A DNA stretch of 32,000 nt, taken from Candidatus Saccharimonadota bacterium (lineage in GTDB: Bacteria > Patescibacteriota > Gracilibacteria > UBA4473). Under the pieces are notes generated by a model. It was given only the letters and a program-made list of their open reading frames with translations. It was not told the origin of the DNA and made no database searches. Shown here in pieces: positions 1 to 7,655 of the stretch. The stretch covers positions 210,001-242,000 of the forward strand of contig OZ245819.1 in assembly GCA_965228485.1 (NCBI GenBank). Direction: 5' to 3'. Positions within the stretch are counted from its first letter, which is position 1. Each line of letters opens with the position of its first letter. Position numbers and translations under genes: made by a program.

Positions 1-1
1 A

Positions 2-2293
2 TTGCAGACCGAAATTCCAGAATTAATTGAAGAAAAACGAATGGAGCTACCATTTGTTAAGAATCTTCCTGCCACAGCAGGCGGAGGGGAGAGTTCTTTC
101 CAACCAGATATTCCAAGTCTTCCAATGAGCCAGCTACCATTCTTACCACCACCTCCAAAGATGGATAATTTGACTTGTGGGATGCTTAATAATTTGAAAG
201 TTCCACTCTCATTCTTGAATTTGGAATGTATGATTCGTTTGGGAGTAGCCCCTGTGTCTGAGTGGTATGTAAAACCTCATGTAGAGAGAAGAACTAATCG
301 TTCAGCACTTTCAAAAAATAAAGACTTTACTTCGTCTTCGATTAAACCAGGACCATTTACAGGAAATCCGAGTACTATGAGTGTCTTTGGGAAAAGTGGA
401 AGAAACTCTATTTTTGAAGGAAATCATGATCAACTAAAGGAAGCGGCAAAAGGCCAAAGTTCTTTTATTAAATCCAATTCTCAATCGCCTTCCACTAAAG
501 GCTTGAATAGTATCCCCGCTTCAGGAGGTGAAACGATTAAAACTTCTTCTCTTGATCCATTAAAAGAATGGAAAAATTGGCTCGTTACAGGAGAAACAGA
601 ATCTGAAAAAGCACTAGAGCCAATCGCTTTTTTGAAAGCTCTGAAGCATTTATCAGAAACGATGCCAACCTATGTTGATGCGCAAGAAAAATTAAAAGTT
701 CAATTAGCGACAACGGAAATTCCTGAGTCTATTACCAGGGCAAGAGAGATTAAAGAAATAGATACCGCCTTTAATAATTATTTGGCTAAACTTGAATCTT
801 ACAGACAAGAACGATTACAAGAAACTAAAAGACTTAAGTATGTATACGAAAGTCAGCCAGAAACTTTCTTTGAAGATCGATTTGTTCAAAATACGATTTC
901 TAAAGACAAACGTTTCTTAGCGGCTAATACTGATAGCGCGCTTGACTTTGAAATTCCAGTGAGAGAATTTACAACCAGTGTGGCACAATTTGAACCACCA
1001 GTAGAAGATACGGCAGATTTTGAATTTGTGGCGGATAACTTTGAAGAAAATATTAATCAAGATGAATCAAGCAATAGCTGTGCCAATATGGTAAAGCCCG
1101 GGATTTACTACGGGGATGGTAATGGCGATAGCTTGGATAGAATTAATAAGCTGCCATACCGAACTATTAGTGCTTATGCGGTCTTTGACCTAGATGATGA
1201 TGGAGTGAATGAAATTCTCTATGGATTGGGAGCAGAGCTCTTTGTAAAAAGAAAATCAGGACCGAGTGGAGAAACTCTTAAGTTTAATTTGGAAGTTATC
1301 AACAGCATTGATCTAGATGATTTTGAAAGGCCTGTAGATACATTGGAAAACTATGAATTCTATGGGGCACTGAATAGTGAATTTGGAAAAGATGAATCTC
1401 TAGCCAATTATACGGAATGGGAATTCTCTGAACGACCAGACCAGATTTTTGAGCTTCATAAAACCTCCGCTAATAAGTATGCGAACTGGAAATCTTCTTT
1501 AGGGACTATTTCTAGAGGCATTCCAGAGCAGGGAACTTTGAGAGATACGACCGCTCAAATTGTAGAAGTAAAAGGTTCTCCACAGATTAAATCTCCATTA
1601 AAAATTCCTCTACTCAAGTTTGAACCAGAAGCTTGTGCCAATGAGAATATTGTAAAACCTTTCATTCAGAGTGGGATGGTTATGGCCATAGATGAACCCG
1701 CAACGGTTCAGGTTTACTTCCCACCAAATAGAGCCCGAGAAGCGAGAGTAGAAGTACATGATATTGCCCCAGGGGAAGAGCTTTATTTAGAAGATGCTGA
1801 TGTTTGCCTCTTTGAGGGAACGGCTTGGTTTGCTCAGTATGATTATTTGGATGAATATGATTTTTGGGTAACAAACCAACAAGTTTTTGCGGGTAACAAT
1901 GAGGAACTTGAGCCAAAAGTTATTAAATTTGCTGACGGATCAGAAGTACTTATTGAAGGGCGGGATGAATGGCTTGAAAAAGTAGAAGACGGGACATTCC
2001 AAAACTGGACACCTCTGATTAATACAACATTGCTATCGGCCTCTCAATTACGATTAAAACCAGATGAAGAGGTCACTATCGTTTTCAATAATGGAGAACG
2101 AAGAGTGCTGACAGGTCCAATGGATTATTATTTCCAGATCAATGATACCGATGAGGTATCAAGTGAGTTTAGATTCCCAGTACCATCGTTTGATCAAATT
2201 TATAGTCAAGTGGCTGGATTTGAAGTCAATCAAAAATCTTACTACAAACCACAATTTTTCCCTATAATTACTCAGAGTGAAGATGAAGAATAA
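2..2293 (+). CDS. Large orphan protein, probably extracellular. Its 5' end is cut by the window edge (first in-frame ATG at 41). The C-terminus carries the shared DEYDFW domain.
   Basis: A 2.3-kb uninterrupted frame is open to the window edge, and the TAA stop at 2291-2293 is overlapped by the next start. It contains LPATAGGGES (65-94), a Pro-rich stretch and one FG-GAP/VCBS-like motif FDLDDDGVNEILYG (about 1187-1228). The C-terminal domain (1547-2140) is paralogous to 4420-5004. I recognise no family for the whole protein. Confidence 0.8.
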   Translation: MQTEIPELIEEKRMELPFVKNLPATAGGGESSFQPDIPSLPMSQLPFLPPPPKMDNLTCGMLNNLKVPLSFLNLECMIRLGVAPVSEWYVKPHVERRTNRSALSKNKDFTSSSIKPGPFTGNPSTMSVFGKSGRNSIFEGNHDQLKEAAKGQSSFIKSNSQSPSTKGLNSIPASGGETIKTSSLDPLKEWKNWLVTGETESEKALEPIAFLKALKHLSETMPTYVDAQEKLKVQLATTEIPESITRAREIKEIDTAFNNYLAKLESYRQERLQETKRLKYVYESQPETFFEDRFVQNTISKDKRFLAANTDSALDFEIPVREFTTSVAQFEPPVEDTADFEFVADNFEENINQDESSNSCANMVKPGIYYGDGNGDSLDRINKLPYRTISAYAVFDLDDDGVNEILYGLGAELFVKRKSGPSGETLKFNLEVINSIDLDDFERPVDTLENYEFYGALNSEFGKDESLANYTEWEFSERPDQIFELHKTSANKYANWKSSLGTISRGIPEQGTLRDTTAQIVEVKGSPQIKSPLKIPLLKFEPEACANENIVKPFIQSGMVMAIDEPATVQVYFPPNRAREARVEVHDIAPGEELYLEDADVCLFEGTAWFAQYDYLDEYDFWVTNQQVFAGNNEELEPKVIKFADGSEVLIEGRDEWLEKVEDGTFQNWTPLINTTLLSASQLRLKPDEEVTIVFNNGERRVLTGPMDYYFQINDTDEVSSEFRFPVPSFDQIYSQVAGFEVNQKSYYKPQFFPIITQSEDEE
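1547..2140 (+). other. Copy 1 of the shared roughly 195-aa domain (TAxxV..GxPxIKxPxKIPL ... EGxAxFAxxDxxDEYDFW ... LSAxQLxLK ... YxxQI)
   Basis: By-eye alignment of the two ORF translations gives colinear blocks and two conserved Cys. Confidence 0.75.
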
Positions 2294-3374
2294 TTTATTA
2301 GGACTGGCTCTGATGTTTGGGATTTCATCCTGCTTTACGCTGGTAACGGTGGTGATTGCTCAAGGAGAATTTCAGAGCGATTTTGCTACTCCTATTGAAG
2401 AAAACAATCAAGAATACTACACGGCTTACGTTGAAAACGCTTTTCATACTAAACCTCGAGACCTAATGCAGAGTCCAGAGGAAGCTAAAAAAGAGCACGA
2501 TGAAAAAATGCAGGGAATGTTTAAGAGTGCTATGATTGATCGTGATTGTGAAAACAAAAAGAAGTATAATAAAGAGCTTAAAAAAGTAGCCCCTCAAGAA
2601 AAGTTTAAATGTATGCCAAAAGACCCTTCTATTAAACAAGAAAATACTTTTAAGGCTATTGCTCAAGCTCAACAAGAAGTAAGAGTGGCTTTGTGGGAAG
2701 AAGATAAAAAATACTTAGCAAAGCTCAATGAACCGAGTCTTTGGGATCGCCTAACGACGACTTATGCGGCTCGTCAGTCTAGTACGCCTGGAGGGAATGG
2801 GTATCAATCTCGGTGTGAAGCTCGAGGAGACCAAAAAACCACCGCTTCAGAAGAAAATTCTCCTTGTAGAGTCGCTGAAGCGGCTACAAATGAAACGGCT
2901 GGTTACGATGCGTATCTAAAGGCTCGCCTGAATCATGGGCCTGCTTTAGAACAAGATCTCTGTGAAAATTTTGCATACTTTGGAGTTGAAGATCCCAAAT
3001 GTGATGGTGGGGGATCGGCTTCTATTAATAGTTTATTCCCTGTTGTCTATGCTGCTAAAACAATGGGGGGCGTAAGTGAGATTGAACTACATAGTTTTCG
3101 ACAAATCCGTCGAGATAAATATGCTGAAGAAATGGCTGGATCTGCCAAAGCTAACAAAGAAGCGAGTCGGCAATTCACAGAAAGAGATCTAGCTCAGAAT
3201 GATCATTTGAGGACAGAGGTAACGATTCAGGGGGAGAAGGGTGAGAATGAAAGGTTAAAGCAAGCAGGAGGAAACTCTAGTGAAGAAGAGTGTCAGGGGA
3301 CGTGTAAATTTCCTAAAAAATTCCATGATGCTTCTAGTGGTCAGGGAGGAACTCAACAACATATGGATGCATAA
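2277..3374 (+). CDS. Orphan secreted protein or lipoprotein, Cys-rich and highly charged
   Basis: The ATG at 2277 (or 2283) overlaps the upstream ORF by 17 nt. The N-terminus MKMKNNLLGLALMFGISSC has a basic n-region and a hydrophobic core. ISSC fits a lipobox, and VIA|QGE is an alternative SPase I site. It has nine Cys, is E/K-rich, and shows no recognisable catalytic motif. Confidence 0.75.
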   Translation: MKMKNNLLGLALMFGISSCFTLVTVVIAQGEFQSDFATPIEENNQEYYTAYVENAFHTKPRDLMQSPEEAKKEHDEKMQGMFKSAMIDRDCENKKKYNKELKKVAPQEKFKCMPKDPSIKQENTFKAIAQAQQEVRVALWEEDKKYLAKLNEPSLWDRLTTTYAARQSSTPGGNGYQSRCEARGDQKTTASEENSPCRVAEAATNETAGYDAYLKARLNHGPALEQDLCENFAYFGVEDPKCDGGGSASINSLFPVVYAAKTMGGVSEIELHSFRQIRRDKYAEEMAGSAKANKEASRQFTERDLAQNDHLRTEVTIQGEKGENERLKQAGGNSSEEECQGTCKFPKKFHDASSGQGGTQQHMDA

Positions 3375-4063
3375 TGCTTGATATTATTTTTTCTTTATCG
3401 ATTTTTGCACTAATCAATCTAGGTCAACACCTGGAAGAAGGTGTGGCAACTGGAGGTGGTGGAGAAAGTGGATATAGTGCCGTAAGAAAGGGGGAGACAA
3501 AAGAAGGACAAGCCGAAAGAGTAAAACAAGGACAAAACTTTCCAGAAACTGGGACCGCTAAAGATGCTTATAAAAGACCTTTTGATGCGACCGATACTCA
3601 ACCCGAAAGAACAACTACTGCTGCGGTAGAATCGGCTCTTTCTGAAGATGGAGATTTTTCGGTTCCGCTTAATGAATATGATCCAGATCCTTTATTTACC
3701 CTGGATACCTTAGGGGCTCAGGCAGATCTGGATGTAAATCAAAAAACTTTTGGTCCTATAGCCGAAAATGATTCTGATATGAAGAAGCAAGATGATAGTG
3801 CGGTTTACAATGATCGAAAAGGGGATAACAACAAAACGGCTATGGTTTCAGAGGACGATTATAAAGCTCAATTTACGGAGCCTTACGGAAAGCCTCGTAA
3901 ACCTGAGAATGGAGATACTAATTATCAAATAGATGAGACTTTAGATAAACAACAGGCTGGGGCAAAGGCTCGAGAACAAAAACCTAAATACACCGATCCA
4001 TCATCAAATAAGTTGGATTCGAGCGTTGATAAAGCTTTGGTTGGTGATCCATTACAACAATGA
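3374..4063 (+). CDS. Orphan acidic low-complexity protein with a hydrophobic N-terminus followed by VATGGGGES
   Basis: The start ATG shares its A with the upstream TAA (TAATG), and the TGA stop lies inside the next start (ATGA). The N-terminal segment IIFSLSIFALINLG is hydrophobic. The rest is D/E/K/T/Q-rich, has no Cys and is probably disordered. Confidence 0.65.
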   Translation: MLDIIFSLSIFALINLGQHLEEGVATGGGGESGYSAVRKGETKEGQAERVKQGQNFPETGTAKDAYKRPFDATDTQPERTTTAAVESALSEDGDFSVPLNEYDPDPLFTLDTLGAQADLDVNQKTFGPIAENDSDMKKQDDSAVYNDRKGDNNKTAMVSEDDYKAQFTEPYGKPRKPENGDTNYQIDETLDKQQAGAKAREQKPKYTDPSSNKLDSSVDKALVGDPLQQ

Positions 4064-5703
4064 GAAAGTATTTTATGTTTCTAGTTCTATTTCTGGGGGA
4101 AACTTTTCTGGTTTCGGCTCAGTCTGGGATTGTAAAGCCCGTGAAATTAAGCCAGCCAACAGAAGCTCTTAGTAAAGTAAATCAACAAAAGATTCTACAA
4201 AAAAATAGCTGTCAATCATTGGCTACTTTAGGGGGGAGTATTCGTAAGGAAAATTATCTAAAATCGGTTAATAAATCCTTATTAAAACTTAGTAATAATG
4301 AGGATTATGCTGAGTGGTTTGTGCTTGGACCGCCTTTTATTCGTCAGCCAGAAGATCATCGAGTTTCACTGGGGCTAACGGTTCGGGCAGATGGCCAAGA
4401 TATGGAAGTTCGAGAGACAACTGCCAAAGTGGTTTCTATTACCGGGACTCCTAAAATTAAAGCCCCGATAAAAATTCCATTAAGAAAAACTTCTTTAGAG
4501 GACTGTGATCAGCTGGATGTGGTAGATTCCTTTGTGAAAAAAGGGAGGGTTTTTGCTGAAACTGAGTCAGTAGCTCTCTCTGTTTATGACCTAAAGGATA
4601 GAGATGAACCGCCTGTTCAGATTAAACTGAATCCAGGGCAAGAAATCTTTTTAGAAAATAAGAAGGTTTGTAATTATGAGGGACAGGCTTATTTTGCTCG
4701 TTTTGATTTCTTTGATGAATATGATTTTTGGCAGAATAACCGAAAGGCTTTCTCACGACAGAAGACTAATAACGGTACTGTCATTAAATTTTTTGATGGT
4801 TCTTCTTTGCTAGTAGATGATCGGGAAGGTTGGTTTTCCGAATTAGGATTGGCTCGTTTGACGTCTTTTAATCCACTTAAAGAGGATGAGGTAATTTTAT
4901 CTGCAGCGCAGCTTGATCTAAAAAAAGGAGATAAGGTTAAACTAGAATTTTCTAATGGTTTGACTCGGACCTTTAGTATTCCTGGTAAATATTGTTATCA
5001 GATTGAGGCCCTTCCTTTGGAGGTCCTACTCAGCGAAGAGGAGGAAGAAGAAAAGAAAGAGGAGGAAGAAAAATCGGATGAAGATAAACCATTTTCTTCT
5101 GGGGTTAATAACGTAAATGCTTGTCGTCCTTCTCAGTATCCACCTAATGATAAATCAAACTCAGCCAGAATGGACCGTATTCGTGGGAATATGTGTAAAA
5201 CCTTTTCTAAGGATGTTTCAACCCGTCAGAACGGAGTGCATATTAATCAGCCGCATCAGGTTCCAAACAATCTGACCAATAGAGGGCAAAATAGTGATGG
5301 GAGTTGTGATAGTCCTCCAGCACCAAGAAGTAAGCAGCCAAGAAATAAACCAGAAGGACGAAAATCTGTGAGTGATCGTTATGACGAAATTTTAAATAAG
5401 AATGTTTATGGTCACGATCAAGATATTGCAGGTTTAGCTGATGCTGGAGGAGCTTCGGCTTATGGAGATACGAGTTATGTTTCGGCTTTACGTTCGGTGA
5501 TTAACTTCAAAGCAGAAAAATTTAATAGAGATACGAAAAAAATGGAAAGAACTCGGGAAACCGAAGCGGTTCAAACTCGGCTTGAAAGAGAATCTCAGTC
5601 TCAAGAAGAAGAATTCAAAGCTAATAAACTTAAAAATTGTCAGATGACTGAATATAGACATCATATGGAAGATTTAGCTGGTAAACCAAAAGTATCCTCG
5701 TAA
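4060..5703 (+). CDS. Orphan secreted protein: signal peptide, shared DEYDFW domain, poly-E/K linker and a basic C-terminal region
   Basis: MRKYFMFLVLFLGETFLVSA|QSG is a classical Sec signal. Residues encoded by 4420-5004 are paralogous to 1547-2140. An acidic run LSEEEEEEKKEEEEKSDED is encoded at about 5030-5090. The start overlaps the upstream stop as ATGA. Confidence 0.85.
   Translation: MRKYFMFLVLFLGETFLVSAQSGIVKPVKLSQPTEALSKVNQQKILQKNSCQSLATLGGSIRKENYLKSVNKSLLKLSNNEDYAEWFVLGPPFIRQPEDHRVSLGLTVRADGQDMEVRETTAKVVSITGTPKIKAPIKIPLRKTSLEDCDQLDVVDSFVKKGRVFAETESVALSVYDLKDRDEPPVQIKLNPGQEIFLENKKVCNYEGQAYFARFDFFDEYDFWQNNRKAFSRQKTNNGTVIKFFDGSSLLVDDREGWFSELGLARLTSFNPLKEDEVILSAAQLDLKKGDKVKLEFSNGLTRTFSIPGKYCYQIEALPLEVLLSEEEEEEKKEEEEKSDEDKPFSSGVNNVNACRPSQYPPNDKSNSARMDRIRGNMCKTFSKDVSTRQNGVHINQPHQVPNNLTNRGQNSDGSCDSPPAPRSKQPRNKPEGRKSVSDRYDEILNKNVYGHDQDIAGLADAGGASAYGDTSYVSALRSVINFKAEKFNRDTKKMERTRETEAVQTRLERESQSQEEEFKANKLKNCQMTEYRHHMEDLAGKPKVSS
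4420..5004 (+). other. Copy 2 of the shared roughly 195-aa domain
   Basis: It has the same blocks as 1547-2140: TAKVVSITGTPKIKAPIKIPLRK, PGQEIFLE..VCNYEGQAYFARFDFFDEYDFW, VIKFFDGSSLLVDDREGW, LSAAQLDLKKGD and YCYQI. Confidence 0.75.
5037..5070 (+). repeat. 13-nt purine direct repeat AGAGGAGGAAGAA, two copies (5037-5049 and 5058-5070), offset 21 nt and in frame
   Basis: Read directly from the sequence inside the poly-Glu/Lys linker of CDS 4060-5703. Confidence 0.8.
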
Positions 5704-7652
5704 TGAAACATCTTATTATTTCAATGTTCCTAACAATTGCTTTGAGTCCATTGACTCAAGCACAGAGCTGTACTCCACCGAGTACGATACAGTCTATTTG
5801 TGGAGAATGTAAAGGTGGAGGTGGCGGTTCAGGTGAAAATACTGGTGACTTCAAGATAAAAGATAAATCTTTGTTGGCTAAATATGGGAGAGTTGATGCT
5901 ATGCCGAATGTTCCAAAATCTTTGTCAAAAACCCTAGATCAGTGTTGGGAAGATATTCGAAAACTAGATCAAGAATGTAATAGTGAAGGGGACGAATCAG
6001 TGTGTCAAAAGAGTCGAAAATGTATGGATAACTACCATAAAATTGTGAATTCTTTTACTCGGGCACACTCTGATGATTTACCAGAATCAGAAGATCGTCA
6101 CGATCAAGAGCTTATGGATAAGCTTCAGAAAGAAACAGACCCTCAAAATTTAGCTACCTGTGCTGATGAGGAGTCAGAAAAATCACAGGGACTTCAGCCA
6201 GCAGAAAAAACGATTGATAAGTTAGAGAAGCCCAATGAAGATGAGTTTGAAGGTTCTGAACAACCCGCTCCAGCCAGTGGAGAATTTGGTCCAGATGTGC
6301 CAGGGCTAAAAGGGGGAAAAGGTTTTGTTCAAGATCAGGGAAAACGACATAGAGATTTAGAGACACCAGAAAGTGATGGTCCCTATCAAAAAGCTAAAGA
6401 AGAAAAAGAAAAGGGGAAAGTCTCGTTTTTAAACTTCTTTATTTCAGGGGCGGTAGCCAATGATAGTATGGAAGATTCGAGAACAGGATTCTTTGGGAGA
6501 TTAAAGGATTCTATTGGAAGTTTTTTTAAGGGGGGTGGTAAAGCTCGAGAGCAAGGGGCAAAATCATTTGATCAAGGAGAATATATTGCTCAAAATCGGG
6601 TACAAACTATTTTAGCGAGAAGTGGTGATCAGGCTTTGAAAAGGAATTACCAGCAATTTACCGAAGAAAAAAATCATCAGACTCGACTTAATAATGACGT
6701 TGCAGGAGAAGGTGAGGCGGCCATTCAAGAACGTTTTTCCAAAAATGTAGATGAACAAAAAAAGACGAATGATGAGTTAGATAAAGCGATTAAGGCTATT
6801 GCCAAAATCTGTCAAAATCAACAAGCAGAAATCAAATGCTGGAAGACCGGTAACACTCCACCACCTCTGCCTTTTCCATTTGGAGGTGGGCCTGCACCAG
6901 AAGAAACACCTCAGGAAGAGTTAGAAGATTGGAGTGAATTAATAAAACGTTCGGCGAGTTATTACTGTCCATCTGTTGATCAGCCTTTAATCCTTACAGC
7001 TGAGGAGGGGATTTGGCATTCTGGTCTTATTCTCACTCCAAAAGGAATTGTGCTTACTCATTTAGATCCGATGAAAGATTATGACTTTCATCCAAAGGGG
7101 TGTTTGGTTCGTATGCCTGATCCATTGGATCCAGAAAATTTTGAAGTTTATGTTTCTGAGCCTCGTTTTGTAGAGGGAATTTCTTCGAGAGATAACTTAA
7201 TATTCTTGGTGCCAGAAGCTCCACATGTTGAAAATAATGAGTTCCTTGGTTCACCAGAGAAAGATCGAAAATTTCCGACGATCTTAGATTATATCTCTCA
7301 ATCAACCGATACTTGTGCTCAATCTGATCTAAAAATGGGAACGCCTTTAAAACTGATTGGTTATAATACTCCAGAACGTTTTGAAAAAAATCGTCCAGTT
7401 GCAATTCTAGAGGCCCTTAGTACGACTTTCCCAAGTGGAGAACAGAAAACAATGACCGCTGTAGTTGAAGCCAAAGATGGTATGACTGGAGCGATTTTAG
7501 CTCACAGAGATAATCAGTGTTTTCAGGGAATTGCACGGATTAAAAAAGTAGATGAAGAGGTAACCATAAGAGATATTATCCCTCTAGAAACGATTCAAAT
7601 ATTTGTCGAAGAAGCTGTAGAGGTGCTTAATGCCGATAAACAGGAAAGTTAA
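5703..7652 (+). CDS. Orphan secreted protein: signal peptide, Cys-rich N-terminal region with a Gly5 run, charged middle and a C-terminal chymotrypsin-fold-like domain
   Basis: MKHLIISMFLTIALSPLTQA|QSC is a signal peptide, and the TAATG junction links it to the upstream ORF. The C-terminal roughly 230 aa show trypsin-like block order (see the feature at 6955-7640). Confidence 0.85.
   Translation: MKHLIISMFLTIALSPLTQAQSCTPPSTIQSICGECKGGGGGSGENTGDFKIKDKSLLAKYGRVDAMPNVPKSLSKTLDQCWEDIRKLDQECNSEGDESVCQKSRKCMDNYHKIVNSFTRAHSDDLPESEDRHDQELMDKLQKETDPQNLATCADEESEKSQGLQPAEKTIDKLEKPNEDEFEGSEQPAPASGEFGPDVPGLKGGKGFVQDQGKRHRDLETPESDGPYQKAKEEKEKGKVSFLNFFISGAVANDSMEDSRTGFFGRLKDSIGSFFKGGGKAREQGAKSFDQGEYIAQNRVQTILARSGDQALKRNYQQFTEEKNHQTRLNNDVAGEGEAAIQERFSKNVDEQKKTNDELDKAIKAIAKICQNQQAEIKCWKTGNTPPPLPFPFGGGPAPEETPQEELEDWSELIKRSASYYCPSVDQPLILTAEEGIWHSGLILTPKGIVLTHLDPMKDYDFHPKGCLVRMPDPLDPENFEVYVSEPRFVEGISSRDNLIFLVPEAPHVENNEFLGSPEKDRKFPTILDYISQSTDTCAQSDLKMGTPLKLIGYNTPERFEKNRPVAILEALSTTFPSGEQKTMTAVVEAKDGMTGAILAHRDNQCFQGIARIKKVDEEVTIRDIIPLETIQIFVEEAVEVLNADKQES
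6955..7640 (+). other. Putative PA-clan (trypsin/HtrA-like) peptidase fold with Thr in place of the Ser nucleophile
   Basis: WHSGLILTPKGIVLTHLD resembles GSGfvis.dGyilTnaHV (His codon 7059-7061). RDNLIFLV resembles DlAllkv (Asp codon 7191-7193). MGTPLKLIGYNTP resembles vGd.v.aiGnP. KDGMTGAILAHRDNQCFQGIA resembles GnSGGPlvn..G.vvGI (Thr codon 7485-7487). His-to-Asp spacing is 44 residues and Asp-to-Thr spacing is 98. In chymotrypsin numbering, H57-D102-S195 gives 45 and 93. Confidence 0.45.
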
Positions 7653-7655
7653 TTT

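Noticed and set aside
65-82. LPATAG in ORF 2-2293 as a sortase (LPXTG/LPXTA-type) sorting signal for the sortase at 29376-30182.
   Set aside because: It lies near the N-terminal end of the visible ORF, not at the C-terminus. It is not followed by a hydrophobic segment and a basic tail. None of the window's proteins has a canonical C-terminal sorting signal.
2990-5560. Weak similarity between ORF 2277-3374 (CDGGGSASINSLFPVVYAAKT...FRQIRRDKYAEEMAG) and the C-terminus of ORF 4060-5703 (ADAGGASAYGDTSYVSALRSV...FKAEKFNRDTKKMER).
   Set aside because: Only a few scattered identities occur, in low-complexity Gly/Ala/Ser and charged sequence. I cannot distinguish this from chance by eye.
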